From positions 13,392,001-13,456,000 of the forward strand of contig OZ024758.1 in NCBI GenBank assembly GCA_964016885.1: a stretch of DNA of 64,000 nt, read 5' to 3'. A model generated the notes under the pieces. The model was given only the letters and a program-made list of their open reading frames with translations, searched no databases and was not told the origin of the DNA. How positions within the stretch are numbered: position 1 is the first letter of the stretch; each line of letters opens with the position of its first letter. Of the stretch, positions 30,041 to 43,894 are shown piece after piece. Made by a program: the position numbers and the translations under genes. Origin of the DNA: Eledone cirrhosa (taxonomy: Eukaryota).

Positions 30041-30157
30041 ATAGGAAAAAGTATGACCCCGGCGGCAGAGCTCAAGCCGTTTCGACGGCTATTTCTGGAC
30101 GCTGATATAACGTCGAAACCGCTTGAGCTCTGCCGTCGGGGTCATACTTTTTCCTAT
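30041..30157. repeat. GC-rich fold-back palindrome; family members near 4108-4165 and 20915-20950
   Basis: 47-bp arms ataggaaaaagtatgacccc...tttcgacg / cgtcgaaa...ggggtcatactttttcctat with a 23-nt spacer. Confidence 0.85.
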
Positions 30158-30232
30158 ATATATATAAAAATATATATGTGTGTATGTGTGTGTGTTTGTG
30201 TCTCTGTACATGTGTGTGTATATGTGTGTGTG

Positions 30233-30263
<31 letters not shown>

Positions 30264-30660
30264 ATATATATATACATATATATATATCACACCCTCTCTA
30301 TCTTTCTCTTGTTCTCTCTCTCTTTCTCTCTCTCTCTATATATATGTGTGTGTGTGTTTGTGTGTGTCTGTGTATGTATATATATATGTGTCTGTATATA
30401 TATGTGTGTGTATACACACACACACATATATATATATATATATCACCCCTCTCTCTATCTGTCTATCTCTCGCCCCCCTCACTCCCCGTCTTCTTTTACT
30501 CCTCCCCTTACAGTCCCCCCCCCCCCCCGTTCCAATATTATCTAAAACAATGTCTGTCACCAACAGCTGTTATTATTAGAATAAAAAGCAATAGAAATCT
30601 CATCCATAAACCTTTCATCTCTCTTTCTTTCTCTCTCTCCCTCTCTCTTCCCCTCTATAC

Positions 30661-30703
<43 letters not shown>

Positions 30704-31199
30704 TCTGTATCTCTCTCACTCTCTGTCTCTACCTCTCTCTCTCTCTCTCTCTCTCTTCCTCTCTATACCACTCTCTCTATATATACCTCTCTCCCTCTCT
30801 CTCCCTCTCCCCCTATTTCTCTCCCTCACTCTCTCTACCCCCTCTCTATAGCCCCCTCTCTCTCTTAACACCCCTCACCCAACAATACACTCACTAAGCT
30901 ATTGAGATTATCTACAAATATAACAAACAAGCAACAAACAAAACAAAATATCACAAAATATCTTTAAAGAAACCATATTTCTTAAGTAATCACCTCATTT
31001 AAAGACTAAGCTTGGAATAATCAATGTTTAATAGACTTCCAAAGACTCTAATGGTTTCGTGTGAATTCATTGTTTAGTTGTTATTACACAGATATTTCTA
31101 CTAAAATGTTATAACAGGTAAAGGTTATTATATAGTAATATAAGGTGACCACAAAAACACCCTGAGCTTGATTATCTCATTGATGTGTGCCAACATATG

Positions 31200-31512
31200 A
31201 CCCTAAGGACAGACAGAGGTCTCTTGGAGATGCAGGACATGGCAGCGATGATGAGGGACAGAGCCCTAAGGACAGATAGGTCTCTTGGAGACGCAGGACA
31301 TGGCAGCGATGATGAGAGACAGAGCCCTAAGGACAGACAGGTCTCTTGGAGATGTAGGACATGGCAGCGATGATGAGGGACAGAGCCCTAAGTACAGACA
31401 CAGGTCTCTTGGAGATGCAGGACATGGCAGCGATGATGAGGGACAGAGCCCTAAGTACAGACACAGGTCTCTTGGAGATGCAGGACATGGAAGTGATGAT
31501 GAGGGACAGAGA
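31200..31512. repeat. ~61-63-bp GC-richer minisatellite, 5 copies
   Basis: Unit ccctaaggacagacaggtctcttggagatgcaggacatggcagcgatgatgagggacagag. Confidence 0.9.
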
Positions 31513-33464
31513 CCGCTGGAGAGAACTCGTCTATTGATCTCAGGAATTTTACCCGTGCTAGATAGATAGATAGATGTTTGCCAAGCAACAAAAGGGGACC
31601 ACATCATGTGTCTATGATATTAACCAATACCACATGAAAAGTTAACAGGCTGAACAAGATACTCTCATGGAATGACCATATGAGGTTTATTTTTCAACAT
31701 AGTCTCTGGAAAGAAACAATTCAGCTATTAATAAGAAGAGTCGAAATTAAATTAATGCCATGCAAGATTTCACAGCTCTAGCATCACTCCTTCATTGTCA
31801 GCCTATGAACTTTTCTACCTATCCTCATATATAAAGTTCTAGATGTCTTGCTTTCATTGGCACTAGGTAAGAGATTTATAGACACGATGCAGGGGGTAGG
31901 GTGGTGGAAGGGGGAGCATAACCAATTAATTTAACCTTGCGACATGCTGAGTGCTTTTATTGATTACTATCCCAGAAGTTTGACAGGTGAAATCAACCCT
32001 GATAGGATTCATTCTTTTTTCTATCACTTTAAAATGGTTGAATAAAGAATGTAAATTTCTCCCCACATTGAAAGCACTGCAAGAATCTCAGAGAATTATT
32101 CAGAAAATAAGAAAGATTTCCTTTCTTTTATGTTTACGTGAAGAAACATCTTTTAGAAAAATGGTTGGCAATGAAAAAAAAGTATTTAATTCTTACAATG
32201 GCTGAATTAATAGACTTACTGCTCTAACACTTCTACTACAGGGGTGGTGGAAATATTTCCGAATGAGGTGGAGGATGGGGGTAAAGTTGGTCAATTTAGT
32301 TGTAGTGATTAGTTTAGCTGTTATTATCAAATATCATTCTGAGTTCAAATCCCGCCCAGGTTAACTTTGCCTTTCATCCTTATGGGGTCGATAAAATAAA
32401 GTACCAGTAATACACTGGGTAATTGCTGGCCTTGTGCCAAAAGTAGAAACAATTATAAAATATCAACCAAGAGAAAAAATATCTTTGATATGCGATAAAC
32501 ATAACATGTACATAAATTGTAGCACATATACAAATAAATGTGTTTTTGGTAGTTTGGGGAGAAAAATATAATTACTGGGGAGGAAGGGGGCTGGGCCTCC
32601 TCCCAGTTCCACCGCCCCAGTACTAATGTATGAATTAGAAGAAGTGTTAGAGCAGTGCTCACCAATCTTTTTGTGCCACAGACCAGTCTCATGCAAGACA
32701 ATTTCTCCATGGTCTAGGGGAAGAGGTTGGTGTCAGCCATGTGTATAACGAACCACAATAAGCAATAAAGTACATTTTATATAATTATCTTATTAATTTA
32801 ATTATTACAACCCAGCCTAAATGCAGCTTTATTGTGCCTCGTAAAAAGGAACACTGTAAACATGATTAGTTAGTATTATAAAGGGCTTCCAGTATCGATA
32901 GAGGGTCGGACATGCTTTCCAGCATAGTTACGTCCCTTTACGGTCTGAGTTCAAATCCTGCTGAGGTTAACTTTGCCTTTCATCTTTACGGGGTCAATAA
33001 AATAAAGTACCAGTAATGCACTGGGTAATTGCTGGCCTTGTGCCAAAAGTAGAAACAATTATAAAGGGCTTCCAGCTGTAAAAAGGCCAGCTGAAATATA
33101 GTTCCGTTTGAGCAAGGTATGGCACAGCCAATTGGCCAACTTACCTCGTAAAAAGGGACCACCCAGTCCCACACTGTAAACGTGGTTAGTTAGTGTTAGA
33201 AAGGGCTTCCAGCTGTAAAAAGCCCAGCTAAAATTACAGTTCTGTTTGAGCAAGGTACTGGCTAGACTTGTCTCATAGTGAGGACAACCCCTTTAACCCA
33301 TGCAAGCATGGCAAAATAGAAATTGAAAATATGTGCTATAAATCTAAATTGAGGAATACAACAAAAAGCAGTTGTAAAAATAACAAGATTTGCTTAGAAA
33401 AATCCTGTAAACATCACCCACATCATCCAGTTTTATATAAGCACCGAAGTTATGTATACAAAAC

Positions 33465-33503
<39 letters not shown>

Positions 33504-33776
33504 TTGAATATAACATTTTTAAAAGAGAAAACTATATTGATTTGTATGGAAAAAAAAGTTTCAACTAAATTTGATGAAACATTGAAAGAGAGAGAAATAA
33601 GATAAGATAAAGTTACTCATTAGACACAAACATTATTTTGCCATTTTTACAAGTAAAAATCAATCTAGAAATAATAAGCAATATTCCATGTAATAAAAAA
33701 AATAATAAGTAATATTCCATGTAAACCATAATTATATTCAAAGAATACGGATTTCATCATCATCATCATCATCATC

Positions 33777-34150
33777 AAGACACTTTATTTCACGTTGCTC
33801 CAGTTTACTCAGCTTAAAAATGAGTTGCGATGTCACTGGTGCCAAACTGTATAGGTGTTAGCCTTTCCCTGGACAACATATACATCATCATCATCATTTT
33901 ACGTCCGCTTTTCCCTGCTTGCAAGAGTGGGATAGGTCCTATCCAGCACAGCATTTCTCCACTTGTCACGGACCTTCGTCATCTCCTCTGTGAGCTTCAG
34001 CGATCTGAGGTCAGTTCTCATCACCTCCGCCCATGTTTTTCGTCGTCTTCCTCTACTGCGTCTTCCTTCTACTGGCATTTCTTGGCACTTCTTTACCCAG
34101 CAATCATCCTCCATGCGCATCACATGTCCATACCATCGCAGTCTTCTCTC
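33777..34150. mobile_element. Chimeric SINE core (+) joined to an RTE LINE 3' end (-)
   Basis: Minus-strand RRLRWYGHVMRMEDDCWVKKCQEMPVEGRRSRGRRRKTWAEV; same junction as 61845-62290. Confidence 0.8.
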
Positions 34151-34548
34151 CATCATCATCGTTTAATGTCCAACTTCCACATGAGTATGGGAAGGATTTG
34201 CTTTCTGTTTTTATTTTTTTACTTGTGTTTATTTGTAAATATTTTTATAGTCAACAACCTTTATTCTGATCAGGATGAAGGGAAAGTCTGGTATAAGAAG
34301 ACATTGTTTCTTCTGTATTTATATATTTATCATATTAAATTATTAAATAGAAACGAATAGAAAAAAAAAAATCTTTTCACCCAGTTATCGACCTAAAAAT
34401 AAAAGAGTTTGTTTATAGTCAATATCATATCTAAATTATGAAAGCACGATATTATCATCATCATTACCATCAATATCATCATCATTATTACCTTCATCAT
34501 CATCATCATCATCATTATCCTCATCATCATCATCATCACCGCCACCAC

Positions 34549-34582
<34 letters not shown>

Positions 34583-34618
34583 GTCATCATTATCATTATC
34601 ATCATCATCGTCATCATT

Positions 34619-34668
<50 letters not shown>

Positions 34669-35822
34669 CATCATCATCACCACCATCATCATCATCATCA
34701 TCACCATCATCATTACCATTATGACCATCATCATTATTTAATATCCATTTTGTTATGCTAGCATGGGTTAGATCAGTTGTCCCTGATGTTGCGAGACAAG
34801 TCAGATCAGATGACCATGTCTTATTCATACAGAACTGTTTCTGGCTTGGTTTCTACAGCTGGGTGTCCTTTTTAATGCCAACCACTTTACAGGGTGAACT
34901 GGGTGTTTTTTGTCGTGGCACCAAAACGACCACATTATAGTGTGGACTGGATGTCTTTTGTCATGGCACAAAGATGACCACTTTACAGGGTGGACTGGGT
35001 GCTTTTTGTCATGGCACCAAAATGACCAGTTTACAGGGTTGACTGGATGCTTTTTGTCAAGGCACAAAGATGACCACTTTACAGGGTGGACTGGGTGCTT
35101 TTTGTCATGGCACCAAAATGACCACTTTACAGGGTTGATTGGATGCTTTTTTATTGTAGCACCAAAATGACCAGCTAACAGTTTTAACTGGGTACTTTTT
35201 CTCATGTCATCAACAAAACCACTTTACAGGGTGGACTGGGTGCTTTTTGTCATATTCATTCTTTCATTCATTTCATTTTACGTCCACTTTTTCCCTGCTT
35301 ACAAGGGTGGGACGGGAACTGATTCTGACTTGATTTCTACAGCTGGATGCCCTTCCTAACACCAACCTCATTTACAGTGAGTGCTGGGTGCTTTTTTGCC
35401 GTGGGACCTCCACGACCACTTTACAGTGGAATGATAGGGACCCCAGTCCCTATCATCTCATTTCTACAGCTGAGTAAACTAGAGCAATGTGAAATAAAGT
35501 GTCTTGCTCAAGGAAACAACACATCACCAGGCCAATGCTCTAACCACTAAGCCATGTGCCTCCATACCTAAAGCAATATTCTATCAGCAAGTTTTCAATT
35601 CCCACTTAAAGTCAATTTATATCACATTCATTAGTTATGCCTTAGGGAAAGATATGAACGTAAGAATAACTCATATTTTTACTCTCATAAATTTCTAAAC
35701 CTCATTTATATTCAATAAAAATCAATAATGAGCTGATTTTTATGATACAAATATTAATGGTAGCAGAAACAGAAACAGTCTAAGTAAACATTATACAGTA
35801 GTTATATATTTAAATATTGTAT

Positions 35823-35883
<61 letters not shown>

Positions 35884-35915
35884 GTGTATATATATATAGT
35901 TAAATATTGTATAAC

Positions 35916-35948
<33 letters not shown>

Positions 35949-35965
35949 CATGTATATATATATGT

Positions 35966-36064
<99 letters not shown>

Positions 36065-36160
36065 CATAATATATATATACTGTTTATATATATATGTATG
36101 TATAAATCTATATGTATGTATAAATATATGTATGTATAAATATATATATATATATATATG

Positions 36161-36200
<40 letters not shown>

Positions 36201-36646
36201 ATTTTCCAGACTAGTCAGGTGATGATGCCTAGCTTGTTTGTTCCATTTTGGGCTTGGTTTCCACAGCTGGATGCCCTCCTTAATGGCAACAACTTTACAG
36301 CATATACACACTTACAGAAAGAGAGAGACAGAGAGAGAGGTAGAGAGGCAGAGAGAGAGACAGAGGGAGAGGCAGAGAGAGAGAGATGGAGAGAGAGGTG
36401 GAGAGAGAGAGGTAGAGAGAGAGAGAGAGAGAGAGAGGTAGAGAGGCAGAAAGAGAGAGAGGTAGAGAGAGAGAGAGACAGAGGGAGAGGCAGAGAGACA
36501 GAGATGGAGGGAGAGAGAGAGAGAGAGACAGAGGGGTGGAGAAAGAGACAGAGAGAGAGAGGGCGGTGAGAAAGAGAGAAAGAGACAGACAGAAGATGAG
36601 AGAAGTAGAGAGACAGACAGAAAGACAGACAGGCAGATAGATAGAT

Positions 36647-36711
<65 letters not shown>

Positions 36712-36896
36712 AGAGAAATGTCTTCTCTATATTTCTAATTTCTTCTCCAAAGATTGATTTAGCAATTCCTTATTTATAGAATCTTTAGAATAAAATAAAA
36801 CAACAAATATATATATAAAGATAGTAAAAAGTAAATATGAAGAAAATGTAGGACTAGAGGCTGAGATTCCAATCTTTGATTAAACTCTTATTCCTA

Positions 36897-36937
<41 letters not shown>

Positions 36938-36944
36938 CACACAC

Positions 36945-36986
<42 letters not shown>

Positions 36987-36991
<5 letters not shown>

Positions 36992-37638
36992 GCAACCAGT
37001 GAAAGACTTGTTACATCTACATATGTATACGTGTGTGTATTCATATGCACACTAGTATTTCAGTATGCATATGTAGATGTACATTTTTAACTTAATTGTT
37101 TAAGCGTCAGTCATACAAAAGTGAGTTACAAACGAAACGAAATTTAATTTTGTTTCGTTATTTGTTTTTATCGTCTCCGCTGAACCGGTGCGTACTCACA
37201 CTCTATGCAAATTAGTCTGCCCACTACTAATTTTCATAGAAAAAGCATATAACGATATGTGCTTTTACAATTCTCCAGAAAGGCCAGTAGATAGGTAAAT
37301 ATTGCTGATGAGTTGTAACAACAACGAAACTAGTTCAATATTCCTTGTCTGGCTTTCTGTAGAATAGAGGGAAGGTGTTTCCTCGAAAACCAGTATGACT
37401 CTAAAAACCGGTTTGTCTGTGTGTTTACATACAGAATAGCTGGGTTGCTCACAGTAAAGTAACCAGTGAAAGACTTGTTACATCTACATGTGTATACGTG
37501 TGTGTATTCATATGCACACTAGTATTTCAGTATGCATATGTAGATGTACATTTTTAACTTAATTGTTTAAGCGTCAGTCATACAAAAGTGAGTTACAAAC
37601 GAAACGAAATTTAATTTCGTTTCGTTATTTGTTTTTAT
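36987..37638 (+). mobile_element. Retrozyme / Penelope pseudo-LTR-like element: 467-bp unit with 185-bp terminal direct repeats
   Basis: 36987-37171 is repeated at 37454-37638 (about 3 mismatches); central hammerhead; no ORF; flanked by (TG)n and (TA)n. Confidence 0.7.
37270..37365 (+). ncRNA. Minimal type I hammerhead ribozyme with extended stem I
   Basis: aatattg-CTGATGA(37305-11)-gttgt/aaca/acaac-GAAA(37326-29)-c-ta-g-T-T-caatatt. Perfect 7-bp stem I, 5-bp stem II, palindromic AACTAGTT stem III; stem I extends by attct-cagaaa-gccag / ctggc-tttctg-agaat. Confidence 0.85.
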
Positions 37639-38239
37639 ATATATATATATTATATATATAAGTATATATATATATATATATGCTAGGGATAAGAGTTTAA
37701 TCAAAGATTGGAATCTCACCATCTAGTCCTACATTTTCTTCATATTTAGTTGAAGGCACATGGCTTAGTGGTTAGAGCATTGGCCTTGCAATCGAAAGGT
37801 TGTGAGTTCAATTCTCAGACCAGGTGATGTGTTGTTTCCTTGAGGAAGACACTTTATTTCACATTGCTCCAGTTTACTCAGCTGTAGAAATGAGATGATA
37901 GGGACTGGGGTCCCTATCATTCCACTGCAAAGTGGTCGTGGAGGTGCCACGGAAAAAAAGCACCCAGCACTCACTGTAAGTGAGGTTGGTGTTAGGAAGG
38001 GCATCCAGCTGTAGAAATCAAGCCAGAATCAGTTCCCGTCCCACCCCTTGCAAGCAGGGAAAAGCGGACGTGTATATATATATATACATATATACATAAA
38101 TATATATATACGTATATACATACATATATATGTATATGTATATGTATAAATATATATATCGTGCCTTCATTGAAAAGCAGACATTAAATGATGATAATGA
38201 TGATATATATATATATATATATATGTATGGGCATATATG

Positions 38240-38273
<34 letters not shown>

Positions 38274-38297
38274 TATGTATGTATATATATATGTATA

Positions 38298-38328
<31 letters not shown>

Positions 38329-38343
38329 TTATGTATATATATG

Positions 38344-38375
<32 letters not shown>

Positions 38376-38519
38376 TGTATATATGTATACAGAAAACTTC
38401 TTCCTTAGCGTTATTTAAACATTTTTGTTTTTAGTTTTGTTTGACTCTTTAAGACAATAAAAAAGGTAAAAAAAAGTCTGTTTCCAAATTCTGATCTTAT
38501 GATAACTTCTTCACCACCA

Positions 38520-39487
38520 CCAGCACACATACACATACACATATACACACACTGACATATACACTGACACATACATACACCAGTAGCACAGTCACACATA
38601 TACACATATATATATATATATTGGTACATACACACTGACATATACACTGACACACACATACACCAGTAGCACAGTCACACATATACACATATATATATAT
38701 ATATTGGTACATACACACTGACATATACACTGACACATACATACACCAGTAGCACAGTCACACATATACACATATATATATATATATTGGTACATACACA
38801 CTGACATATACACTGACACACACATACACCAGTAGCACAGTCACACATATACATATATATATTGGTACATACACACTGACATATACACTCACACTGACAC
38901 ACACATACAGTGACATATACATATACATTGGTACATACACACTGACATATACATTGACACTGACACATACATACACCTGTAGTACAGTGACATATACATA
39001 TACATTGGTACATACACACTGACACATATACTAACACATACACATACATACACCAGTAGTACAGTGACATATACATATATATACATTGGTACATACACAC
39101 ATACATATTCACTGACACATACACATACATACACCAGTAGTACAGTGACACATATACACATATACATTCGTACATACACACTGACACATACACTGACACA
39201 TACACATACATACACCAGTAGTACAGTGACATATACATATATATACACTGGTACATACACACTGACATATTCACTGACACATACACATACATACACCAGT
39301 CGTACAGTGACATATACATATACATATATACATTGGTACGACACATACATATACATACATTGACATACTCACACACACACTGACGCACACATACTGACAC
39401 ACACATACACACAGATACTGACACACACACACACATACACATACACACACATACACACACATACACACACATACACACACACATACA
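38520..39487. repeat. CA/TA-rich array with an 83-bp higher-order unit
   Basis: caccagtagcacagtcacacatatacac...ttggtacatacacactgac repeats with an 83-bp period, then degenerates. Confidence 0.8.
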
Positions 39488-39837
39488 AACATTTCATTCT
39501 TTAGAATTTTTGCAATATTTTTAGTAAAATCTCCAGAGCAAGAAACAATAAAACAAAAACCAAGACATTTTAAAATATAAACCAAAGGTAAAAATGTAAA
39601 TTTTTTTCAATTCTTATCTTACTGTAATCTTCCACCCTCACCCACCCCTCATCCCCACCCTTATCACCCCTCAACCATCTCACTACCCTCACCCACCTTT
39701 ATCCCCCTCACCACTCTTACATATAAATATTTCTTGAACATTTTAGGAATTTTTTTTTTAATAGAATCTTCCAGAAAAAATAAAGACAGACAGACAGACA
39801 GACAGAGATATAGACAGACAGACAGACAGACAGAGAT

Positions 39838-39870
<33 letters not shown>

Positions 39871-39880
39871 TAGATAGATA

Positions 39881-40597
39881 TATTTCTTTATTAGCCACAG
39901 GGGCACAAAAGAAGGGGACAAATACAAAGGGGGAAGTTTACATACAATAAAAACGTGTAAAATGTTATCACAGATGGAATTTAAAAGTTAGTCGATTTTC
40001 CCCAATAGAGGGAGACAGTTTATATGGGTAACACATACCCCCGAAAAAAAATGTGCAACCCTCATCTCCAGGAGTACGAAGAGCTTGTACTCCTTTCCTC
40101 TCCTCCTCCTTTTCCTCAGCCTACAGGCTGATATAGAGAGAAGGCCCATTCACTCGGGCCATTCTCGCCACTTTCACCCACCTTTCATAAAACTTGCTGG
40201 GGTACAGCACCTCTCTCTCCATCCTGATTCTTCTTCCAAAGTGGTATTTGAAAAAAAGAATCAGTTGTTGGCCGGAGAGAAAGGTGTCTGACCTCAGCCC
40301 TTTCAACCTTGTCCACCATACAACCTCTTTCGCCATAGCTATCACACAAAGGAAAACCTCCTCTCCTTCGTTTTTGAAGGAGGGTGGCGGTTTGATCATG
40401 ACAATGGACTCGGTGGTCAACTGGATTGGTCCCACCCGCGACAATAGTCGTTCTACATAGCCCCACAGGTCAGTGACGCCCGGGCAGTGTATGAATGCGT
40501 GCGCGACGGTTTCTTCGTCTCGCACGCACCTCGGACAGATCTTTTTTGCAGGGTCCCTGCCCGGGCGCCCATGTCTGTAGAGCTTGTCTCGAACTGG

Positions 40598-40598
<1 letters not shown>
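39881..40598 (-). mobile_element. Tx1/L1-clade LINE 3' fragment (C-terminal zinc knuckle plus 3' UTR)
   Basis: Minus-strand translation PVRDKLYRHG...CPRCVRDEETVAHAFIHCP...LW is the CxxC-ET..H...C knuckle of L1/Tx1 ORF2; stop at 40121; UTR ends in AATAAAGAAAT near 39881; (AGAT/AGAC)n on both sides. Confidence 0.8.
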
Positions 40599-40637
<39 letters not shown>

Positions 40638-41619
40638 CAGACAGACATATAGACAGACAGACAGACTGTGTAAGAGTACATATTTCCTAGAGTTTATTGG
40701 CAGTATCGGTAGAGGGTCGGACGTCATGCTTTGCAGCATAGAGTTACGGCCCTTTATGGTCTGAGTTCAAATCCCGCCAAGGTTAACTTTGCCTTTCATC
40801 CTTACAGGGTCGATAAAATAAAGTACCAGTAATGCACTGGGTAATTGCTGGCCTTGTGCCAAAAAGTAGAAACAATTATAACATTTATTGTTTACCAGCC
40901 ACACACATATACACATACAGTCACATTACCTCTTGGTGTTCTAATACTACCATACATACACATACACACACACATACACACATACACACACACACACATA
41001 CACATACCCACTTATACACACACACATACATACACATATACCCACATATACATCCCCACATACACCCACCGCCCCACACACACATACACACCCACACACA
41101 TATACACACCCACACACATACACGCTCATACACACACATACACACACCCATACATACACACACATACCCCCCCACACACACACCCACCCATACACACCCA
41201 CACACATACACACACCCAGTCCCATTACCTCTGGTCATTCTAACACTACCAATTCCATCTCTGAATCAAACAATACTCACCTCACATCTATCTTCAGATT
41301 TTGAAGATAGATAACTGAAGGGTCAATTAACTCAGGGAAGTCTTCTGCATACTAGATATACATTTGGTAGTAAAGTGTTACATGTTAGAACAAATAAATA
41401 TTCCTGAGTTGCATTTGTTTGGCAAGTGGTTTTGTTCAATATATTTTGTAGGAAGTTATACAATTCTATTATAGAAGAGATGTGGTATCCATTAAAACAT
41501 ACATGATAGCTATATAAGAGTCTTGTTGCATTATAGAAGTGTTGTGGCAGATATTACAACATACCACAGCTATATAGAGTTTTGTTGTATTATAGAAGTG
41601 TTGTGGCAGCTAGGTGCTT

Positions 41620-41992
41620 TTTGTTGTGACACCTACATGACCACTTTACAGTGTTGACCTGGGCACATTTTGTTGTGACACCTTCACGACCACTTTACAG
41701 TTTTGAGCTGGGCACATTTTGTTGTGACACCTTCACGACCACTTTATAGTGTTGAGCTGGGCACATTTTGTTGTGACACCTTCACGACCACTTTACAGTT
41801 TTGAGCTGGGCACATTTTGTTGTGACACCTTCACGACCACTTTACAGTTTTGAGCTGGGCACATTTTGTTGTGACACCTACATAACCACTTTACAGTGTT
41901 GACCTGGGCACATTTTGTTGTGACACTTACGTAACCACTTTACAGTGTTGAGCTGGGCACATTTTCTTGTGACACCTACGTAACCACTTTAC
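41620..41992. repeat. 49-bp minisatellite derived from the RTE-UTR module
   Basis: Unit gttgtgacaccttcacgaccactttacagttttgagctgggcacatttt; related arrays at 34880-35250 and 46755-47030. Confidence 0.85.
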
Positions 41993-42426
41993 ACCTATCA
42001 CAATATCGTTATTTTGCCACATGTTTACACCTATCATAATATCATTATTTTACCACATGTTTGCAGCTATCATAATATTATCTTACCACATGTTTTCACC
42101 TTACACCTATCATAATATCAATATTTTACTACATGTTCTCATTGAAATTACAAACCCTAGAATACCATTCCACTCAAGGAATGAGAAATATATATCTTAG
42201 TTCCAATGTTTTATTATGTGTCTTATCAAAGTAGTTTCATGTTGGCTGAAGTCTTCATGTATTTCCTGTTTATTGTTAGGAGGAAATTTAGGTCTATTTT
42301 GGTGCATATACAACATACTTGCTTTGTTTTGGTTTGTTTGTATATATAAATGTATGTATGTGTATATGAATGTATATGTATATATGTATGTATGTATATT
42401 TGTATGTATATTTGTATGTATATTTT

Positions 42427-42463
<37 letters not shown>

Positions 42464-42567
42464 CTGAATGTATATTTGTATAAATCTTTTTTTGTATGTA
42501 TATTTGAATGTATTATATATCTGTACATATATATATATATATGTGTGTGTGTGTATATCTGTATGTG

Positions 42568-42621
<54 letters not shown>

Positions 42622-42992
42622 CATGTATATATGTGTATATATATGAAATTCTTTTTCTTCTCTTATTCCATTTTTGTTTGTTTATTGTTTTGTTTTTGCT
42701 CATTTATTATATTTTTTATATCATTTCCTGTATATCTCTTCTATATAAATTCTTTAAGAAGTTTGCTGCTTCTGACATTGCCGTCCTTACGACCTTTGTA
42801 AACCAAACACTGAATCGCTAAACTAATTACATTACATCTGCTGTACTTGCTTACGATGAATTCGTATGAAGTGGCTTGATCTCAAAACTTTGTGTTGTTG
42901 CTATATTATCTAAACTATGGAAGTCTGCATAGATTGATTGATACCATTTTAGTTCCAGGTTCTTTGAACCATGTTTTATAAATTGAAAAAAA

Positions 42993-43870
42993 ATTTGGTA
43001 CACAAATTAGGTCTGGGATCTTGTTGATCTATTTCTATAATAATATTTCTATAAATTTGATGAGTTCCACCCCATTTGGTACACAAATTAGGTCTGGGAT
43101 CTTGTTGATCTATTTCTATAATAATATTTCTATAAATTTGATGAGTTCCACCCCATTTGGTACACAAATTAGGTCTGGGATCTTGTTGATCTATTTCTAT
43201 AATAATATTTCTATAAATTTGATGAGTTCCACCCCATTTGGTACACAAATTAGGTCTGGGATCTTGTTGATCTATTTCTATAATAATATTTCTATAAATT
43301 TGATGAGTTCCACCCCATTTGGTACACAAATTAGGTCTGGGATCTTGTTGATCTATTTCTATAATAATATTTCTATAAATTTGATGAGTTCCACCCCATT
43401 TGGTACACAAATTAGGTCTGGGATCTTGTTGATCTATTTCTATAATAATATTTCTATAAATTTGATGAGTTCCACCCCATTTGGTACACAAATTAGGTCT
43501 GGGATCTTGTTGATCTATTTCTATAATAATATTTCTATAAATTTGATGAGTTCCACCCCATTTGGTACACAAATTAGGTCTGGGATCTTGTTGATCTATT
43601 TCTATAATAATATTTCTATAAATTTGATGAGTTCCACCCCATTTGGTACACAAATTAGGTCTGGGATCTTGTTGATCTATTTCTATAATAATATTTCTAT
43701 AAATTTGAAGAGTTCCACCTCATTTGGTACACAAATTAGGTCTGGGATCTTGTTGATCTATTTCTATAATAATATTTCTATAAATTTGAAGAGTTCCACC
43801 TCATTAGGTATGTAAATGAGGTTTGGGATCTTATCAATCTATTTCTATAAATTTAATCAGTTCCACCCTA
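42993..43870. repeat. 81-bp minisatellite, about 10.5 near-identical copies
   Basis: Unit atttggtacacaaattaggtctgggatcttgttgatctatttctataataatatttctataaatttgatgagttccacccc. Confidence 0.93.
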
Positions 43871-43894
43871 TTTGATTAGCAAATGAGATCAGGG

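Larger units (their letters stand above)
36832..37748. repeat. 68-bp inverted repeats (36832-36899 / 37681-37748) enclosing the hammerhead element
   Basis: taaatatgaagaaaatgtaggactag...aaactcttattcctagca versus its reverse complement, about 3 mismatches. Confidence 0.9.

Noticed and set aside
29780-30868. 362-aa ORF
   Set aside because: Concatenated CT, TA and TG microsatellites plus a palindromic repeat; no protein-like segment.
37205-37212. Octamer ATGCAAAT inside the hammerhead element
   Set aside because: A single 8-mer is expected by chance in 64 kb of AT-rich DNA; no accompanying snRNA-type promoter elements recognised.
42976-43815. ORFs with perfect 27-aa repeats on both strands; CRISPR-like regularity
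   Set aside because: An 81-bp tandem repeat with no unique spacers in eukaryotic DNA; no array in the window has repeat-spacer structure or cas genes.
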